From the NCBI GenBank assembly GCA_049967475.1, contig JBMFSQ010000007.1, positions 1 to 64,000 of the forward strand: DNA of 64,000 nt, in the 5' to 3' direction. Both the position numbers and the translations under genes were made by a program. Below are positions 59,901 through 64,000 of this stretch, in pieces. Below the pieces are notes generated by a model, which was not told the origin of the DNA, searched no databases, and saw only the letters and a program-made list of their open reading frames with translations. Position 1 is the stretch's first letter. The number at the start of each line of letters is the position of its first letter. This DNA is from Chthonomonadales bacterium. Lineage in GTDB: Bacteria > Armatimonadota > Chthonomonadetes > Chthonomonadales > CAJBBX01.

Positions 59901-62179
59901 GCCTCAACACGACTATAGATCCGGGTACGCCCGTGCGCATCCGGCAGCTCAATCCGGTGCTTTCCCAAAACTTGCCGGGCGCCGGAGGAACGTCCGGCAA
60001 CGCGTCGCCCGTGTATGTGGAGCTGAACCCGGCACAATACACCCTGGACTACAACTCAGGACTGGTGCGCATCACCACGATGTCGCCTCCCGGCCAGGTC
60101 GCTACGTTCGTGTCCGGATCTCTGCCGTTCCTCGTGACCATCGGTAACGGGCCCGAGCAGATGATTTCGGGAACATTCAACGATCCGGACGGATCGGTGC
60201 GCATCACGGGACCGCCCGGCGCCGACAATCTCCTTTGGTACTATGTAATCCCGGCCCTCGATGTTTTGCCCGGTGCGCCTATTGCCCTTGGCGTGGCCAG
60301 TTCTTCGCCGAAGGTCCAAGGAGATGCCGTCTGGCTTGGCTTTGAGCACGGCTTCATTGTGTCGGTGGATGCAAACCCGGGAGGAACGGATCCCACCGTT
60401 CAGAACAACGGCGGTCAGGTGCGCCTTTTTGCCAACGGAACTTTGCCTGGGCACCTTCGCTGGATCCGACAAGTGACCACCAACACCTCCACACATGTGC
60501 TGGATGCCCCTTCGGGCACTGCCCAACTGTTGGCTGCGGCAACGCCCGACGGCATCCAGGTGCTGGAGGACACCCGCACCGTGATCGCCGACAGCAACCG
60601 CCTGGTGGAGGTAAACGCTGCAGGCGAGGCCGTATGGACGTGTGACGGCACGCGCTCCTTCGGCGTAGCCGGCGGTGAGCTTCCGCAATACATGGTGGAC
60701 CAGAACGGCAACGTAGTGCCCATCAATCCGAGCACCGCAACCGGCGTTCCTGTAGTTCAAACGGTACCCTTCTCGCGCCCGTCGGTTGTACGGTACGTGG
60801 GCCGCAACAATCTGATTGTGGTGGACACGGGCAACAACCGTGTGGTGGAGATGGATCGTGGCGGCAACGTGCTTTGGGAGGTCAACCGCCTGCAGGATGA
60901 CTTCAAGCGAACCCTGCGGCCGGGTGATCCGCTGACCCTCAACGAACCCACCGACGTGCAGTACTGGACGGAGTTCAACCCCGCCATTCATATCGCGGTC
61001 CCCATCGGAGGGCAAACGTATCGCTTCGACGGGCCGGGATACATTGTGCATTACCTCATTTCGGACACCGGCAATTACCGCGTCATCGAACTGGTGGACG
61101 TGTATGACCAAGCGGGACGCATCGTACAGCCGAGCGCAGGCGGTAACCCTGCTCCGTTTGTGATGTACCGGCAGGTGAACTTTGTGAGCAGCAGCTATGG
61201 GCTCACCGGCGAGCGGTTGCGCTATAGGGGCGTTCAGCGCGTGACGATGCGCAACGGCGATCTGCCGCCCGCATGGCAGTTCGATCCCGCCAACCCGAGC
61301 CAGTTGCTTCCGCCGACGGCAATCCGCTTCCTCACCCTATCTCTGGTGACGAACCAACGTTTGGTGGGAGTAGCCACACCGGGCGGATTGAATACGCAGG
61401 TGAACGCCGCCGGCGCGGCCGCCAATTCAAGCGGCGGTTCCCTTGTAGTAATGAACGAGGCCGGGAATCCCCTGGCCATCGTGAGCAACCTGAGGGTTCC
61501 CGATGCAGCAGCGCCCAACGGCTACCGCATCCAGCCTATTGTGAACCCAACGAGCTTTTCCAAGTTCGATGACGTAGACCCCAACACGGGCCAGCGGATA
61601 ACCCACTACCTGCTTACGGACCAAAACGGATGCTATCAGATGGTGCCGGACGCCAATGATCCTTCCTTAATGGACGTCGAATGGCTGCTGAGCGGCGAAG
61701 ATTACTATCGCATGACGGGCAAGCCGCTTCTGGCCGGCTCGATCCAGAGGCTCAGCACACAAACGAATGTGGTCCCAAGCTATGCCGCACAGCATCGGCT
61801 GCACCACTTCCTCATCACGAACCGCTTCACAGGAGCGGACAATCCTTCCGTATTCGGCGTTCCGTACAATACCACAGGCAACCCGGCGAATGGGAACATC
61901 TCCGGACCCACAGATTTCCACGGAGAGGTATTCGAGTTGGATCCCAGGGCGTTTGATCCTACGGCTCCACTTCATGGGTACATTCCCGATTATGCAGTTG
62001 CGGGCGGAGTATTCCTGCTTCCGAACTCCGGCGCAAGCATCGTATGGAGATGCCCCATCGAAACTGTGCCGTCACCCGGCGCCCAGGTTGGAGTGATGCG
62101 AAGAACCATAGGGGACCCGGCGCGCAGTACCTCGACATCGCTGTTGGAACAGCCGGCCTGCGCCCAGCGAAGTTTTTAA
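56957..62179 (+). CDS. Giant secreted protein (~1740 aa): DUF4159-like domain, PQQ-type propeller segments and NHL-like repeats; PilY1-position adhesin candidate
   Basis: ATGA overlap with the PilX-like gene; FDLLYIH...LRRFMDEGGTLWVENC; VVDTGNNRVVE and ISDTGNYRVIE repeats; exact start uncertain. Confidence 0.65.
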   Translation: MMRGMRWSALWFGILRDRAVRPSSSPGLFGRPMREALVVALLGLFLGGRASADAHFYASQRRQVRVGIVVSQALDAGGTLGSENPDPHVFYVLDSRTDLKPAGMEFVNPMAPAVITPAIYQRWRNRPRPGFPDPAFVQGTPQYALFQVGNRVTKNMGAYWEVNVDTASDDDLRQFDLLYIHSHMPAIHFTPDVLAKLRRFMDEGGTLWVENCGNMGFSANDPFLFDIQMHSGNAPGAGAVIATPNHPLLTYPYVLSPQEVQQLGDKRVAGYYVYDITDPNGAAHPNSVPGRETLAPIVWNTLGNAPQQGPGGFYLPAPSWRAMILAGQVGAGRLVVSSQDSGCSINDYVGGVNVGYGGNSGAISGDNFLAARPMDLEFVYNMATWATAHMTGLANARRTSSASETVAPVLSDKWAWPTQNGGTAKSGGVTYYKNCVFTVDGDLVLHCFDARPDEDLDGDQNPDDGLPDFIAGQPYDEVWRFPLKSVDANAQAASTPTVFEFYDADYINRHGATTGDLANFNQRELVAVTLSDGTIVALRAFPRLATPGVPLAPHTNVEWVVQFGADYPMSFDGRAPVDDTGNPTWMAPVPSVAFSEGVVFAGINTPNGGRVVAIDPREGLSALRPGPLGANGDTADKCAVPDVPVGMPSILSAPTVGYQRDEATGAQDKMVYVAVPRPQNGPMLPETIRAFWFATKGEPLRFLRDDNNASPARTYYVSRADKPWFLFDPNAPGNDNQALRQRVFHRYTDPVTGQSLIEELRYIPLSNINQLDTNTYSVDVTKVPVQVILSTQVNRPGGGTAARDPNLDSYYADYTLDWDPQVQNQQKVNARSVLIAPDPQQTGAHIGGAPALSGDNLLFYNVSTVPPAGLTTSAGAGVVFGAEEQFLRTALKWTYVMHNGFTLTVNGQATTIPPRLRFIDTDPRWAAYSGQSLTDVQFVGSPAYANGTVYSVAHARIQGPAFATYPVSVLCAFKANPEIVLRLNTTIDPGTPVRIRQLNPVLSQNLPGAGGTSGNASPVYVELNPAQYTLDYNSGLVRITTMSPPGQVATFVSGSLPFLVTIGNGPEQMISGTFNDPDGSVRITGPPGADNLLWYYVIPALDVLPGAPIALGVASSSPKVQGDAVWLGFEHGFIVSVDANPGGTDPTVQNNGGQVRLFANGTLPGHLRWIRQVTTNTSTHVLDAPSGTAQLLAAATPDGIQVLEDTRTVIADSNRLVEVNAAGEAVWTCDGTRSFGVAGGELPQYMVDQNGNVVPINPSTATGVPVVQTVPFSRPSVVRYVGRNNLIVVDTGNNRVVEMDRGGNVLWEVNRLQDDFKRTLRPGDPLTLNEPTDVQYWTEFNPAIHIAVPIGGQTYRFDGPGYIVHYLISDTGNYRVIELVDVYDQAGRIVQPSAGGNPAPFVMYRQVNFVSSSYGLTGERLRYRGVQRVTMRNGDLPPAWQFDPANPSQLLPPTAIRFLTLSLVTNQRLVGVATPGGLNTQVNAAGAAANSSGGSLVVMNEAGNPLAIVSNLRVPDAAAPNGYRIQPIVNPTSFSKFDDVDPNTGQRITHYLLTDQNGCYQMVPDANDPSLMDVEWLLSGEDYYRMTGKPLLAGSIQRLSTQTNVVPSYAAQHRLHHFLITNRFTGADNPSVFGVPYNTTGNPANGNISGPTDFHGEVFELDPRAFDPTAPLHGYIPDYAVAGGVFLLPNSGASIVWRCPIETVPSPGAQVGVMRRTIGDPARSTSTSLLEQPACAQRSF

Positions 62180-62206
62180 CTCCCAGGCAGGACAGGTGAG
62201 AGAGCA

Positions 62207-64000
62207 ATGCGGCATGGAATGTTGAAGAAGACACTCTGGACGATCACCCTCTTGGGAGTGGCGAGTGCCTGGTCCTGGGCCCAGCAGCCGTGGACGCAGT
62301 ATGACTGGCCCATGCATCGTGCGGGTACGACGCGGCAGGGAGCCAATGGGGGTGATCATCCGCAGCCTATGAAAAAGGGCCTCACTTGGGTTTGGCCCCC
62401 TACAGCAGACATTCCGGCGGAGATCGTAGTAGATAACGATCCCCAGCCGGTCCAAACGCCTGGGAACGTAGTAGTGAAGCTATACGGTCAGAGCTTCCAA
62501 CTGACGGACACGGGGGGCGGCAATCCCTGGCAATATCCGGCAACCGCGGACCGTGGGGTAGGGGCCTGGCCTCCTGCATGGAGCGATCCCAACAAGGCGG
62601 GAGATTACTACTACTGCAAGGCGGTTCAGGATCCTACGCTGGCAGCCCTGGCCAACCTGAGCCTCAACGGGGGCGCCTTCACCGGCCTCGCGGAGCTTCA
62701 GAAGCTTCCCAATGTGGACGGCTTTCTGGAAGAACCCCTGCCCGCTGCTCCGTTTAATGGGCGAAACTTCTATCGAACTGTAGATGATGCGCTGAGGGCG
62801 GCTCCTACCTACGCGCGGTGGTCCTTCGGAACGGCCTATCCCGATCCAACCCTTCAGGGAACTCGGAATGTAGGCGGTCAGCTTCTGAAGGCCGGCCAAC
62901 GCTACGCCGTGTATATCCGATATCCTTCCAGCAGTACGAGCACCAATACGGTGTTCAACGATGGCCAGCCGCACCCCAATTCGGATTGGGTCTTTGTGCG
63001 TGTGAGCTGGGGCGACGTCAATAACCCGACTGACGACCGCGTCCACAGCCGCATCTTCATGCTGAACTTCGGAGACACGGGTGGGTATTGGAAGCGTGTG
63101 CGCTCCTCGGCGAACGAGGACCGGTACTTCCCGTATGACGGCGTGCATCCTATCACCGTTACGTTGTATGCTGTTACCACATCCGATCGCAACGAATTGG
63201 GTGTCCAGACGATTATTCCGGCCGATGCCGTGCGCCTCGTGCCGGAAGCCATGCGGGGCGACATCCACGCGCCGGCTGCCTCGGCGGCATTCCCTCCGGG
63301 AAGTGACCCCGTAACAACGCCCGGATCCGTGCTGCGCACCTACTTCGGCCGAGATGAGACCGTGTCCCCGCAACTCGTTTGGACGCTGCAGCAGGCGCAG
63401 CAGGCACCGGCTACGGGCACCTTCCTTCCGATCCCCTTCGACCCAGGGCAGGCGCCGACGCCTTCCAATGGCAACAACCCGCAAATTGACGATCCCACTA
63501 CGAGCATCCGCAGCGCCGTCTTCTATTGCTTCGAGGATGACGTGCTCAACGGGGTCTACGGCAAGCTGCGGTGGAGGTATGTAGCCCGTTCGAGCCCTGC
63601 GGCGCCCGCCATCATAGACGACCACGGGCCTCCCTATGGTGCCGGCGATCCGTTCATCGCCCAAGGAAACTGGACGCTGGTGAACGATCCGGGACCCCTT
63701 CAATCCTATGGCGGCACATACGAAACGGCAGTGTCTACGACGGACCCGCAGCAGGCTGCTACGGCAACGTGGACGGCGAACCTGCCGATTATGAATACCT
63801 CGTATTCGGTGTTCGTTTGGATCCCGGCGGGTCCAGGCCCTAATCCGAACTTTGCTCATGCTGCCACCTATACCCTTGCAACGGATAGCGGCGTCCAGAC
63901 CTATGTGCTGGATCAGCGCAATACGGATCCCTTGGCGAACCCTAACGCAGGGCTCGTAGGCACATGGCGCCGGCTGGCGCAGGGGGTTCGGTTCCCCACT
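62207..64000 (+). CDS. Large secreted protein with golvesin/CBM-like domains, truncated by the window end; absent from the ORF track
   Basis: Frame appears open from ATG 62207 to the window end; signal peptide (KKTLWTITLLGVASAWSWA); DWPMHR PQQ-like start; ARWSF..YAVYIRYP..ADAVRL and ATWT..YSVFVWIP..GTW modules. Confidence 0.7.
   Translation, partial: MRHGMLKKTLWTITLLGVASAWSWAQQPWTQYDWPMHRAGTTRQGANGGDHPQPMKKGLTWVWPPTADIPAEIVVDNDPQPVQTPGNVVVKLYGQSFQLTDTGGGNPWQYPATADRGVGAWPPAWSDPNKAGDYYYCKAVQDPTLAALANLSLNGGAFTGLAELQKLPNVDGFLEEPLPAAPFNGRNFYRTVDDALRAAPTYARWSFGTAYPDPTLQGTRNVGGQLLKAGQRYAVYIRYPSSSTSTNTVFNDGQPHPNSDWVFVRVSWGDVNNPTDDRVHSRIFMLNFGDTGGYWKRVRSSANEDRYFPYDGVHPITVTLYAVTTSDRNELGVQTIIPADAVRLVPEAMRGDIHAPAASAAFPPGSDPVTTPGSVLRTYFGRDETVSPQLVWTLQQAQQAPATGTFLPIPFDPGQAPTPSNGNNPQIDDPTTSIRSAVFYCFEDDVLNGVYGKLRWRYVARSSPAAPAIIDDHGPPYGAGDPFIAQGNWTLVNDPGPLQSYGGTYETAVSTTDPQQAATATWTANLPIMNTSYSVFVWIPAGPGPNPNFAHAATYTLATDSGVQTYVLDQRNTDPLANPNAGLVGTWRRLAQGVRFPT

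Noticed and set aside
1..64000. CRISPR arrays, IS elements, prophage or defence systems
   Set aside because: No spaced direct repeats, and no transposase, integrase, phage structural or recognisable defence motifs seen

Overview
High-GC bacterial chromosomal segment, most likely from an Armatimonadota-type lineage. This is inferred from the DUF6785-type membrane protein, the SecA insertions, the oversized prepilin cluster and the many secreted glycan-active enzymes. The left half (mostly minus strand) holds thyX, secA, two GH78 rhamnosidases, a tandem peroxiredoxin, an ArsR-merA-merTP mercury module whose merA has an in-frame TAG, galT, a heparinase II/III-like lyase, a BNR-propeller/MoaD pair, korAB, tRNA-Ile2(CAU), rbsK, an erythrin-VIT1 protein and ispA. 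The right half (all plus strand) holds HDOD-cheR-yjfB, rsmG, an orphan parB, a GH51 enzyme and ruvX-mltG-yqeG-aroE. It ends in a type IV pilus locus (pilB-pilT-pilC-pilD) followed by four very large prepilin-like genes (298-1003 aa) and two giant secreted proteins, the last one running off the window. The best candidates for something new are this giant-minor-pilin system and an unannotated ~150-nt long-hairpin (6S-like) RNA between thyX and the first rhamnosidase. I saw no CRISPR array, integrase or transposase. All family calls come from motif recognition by eye, not from database searches.
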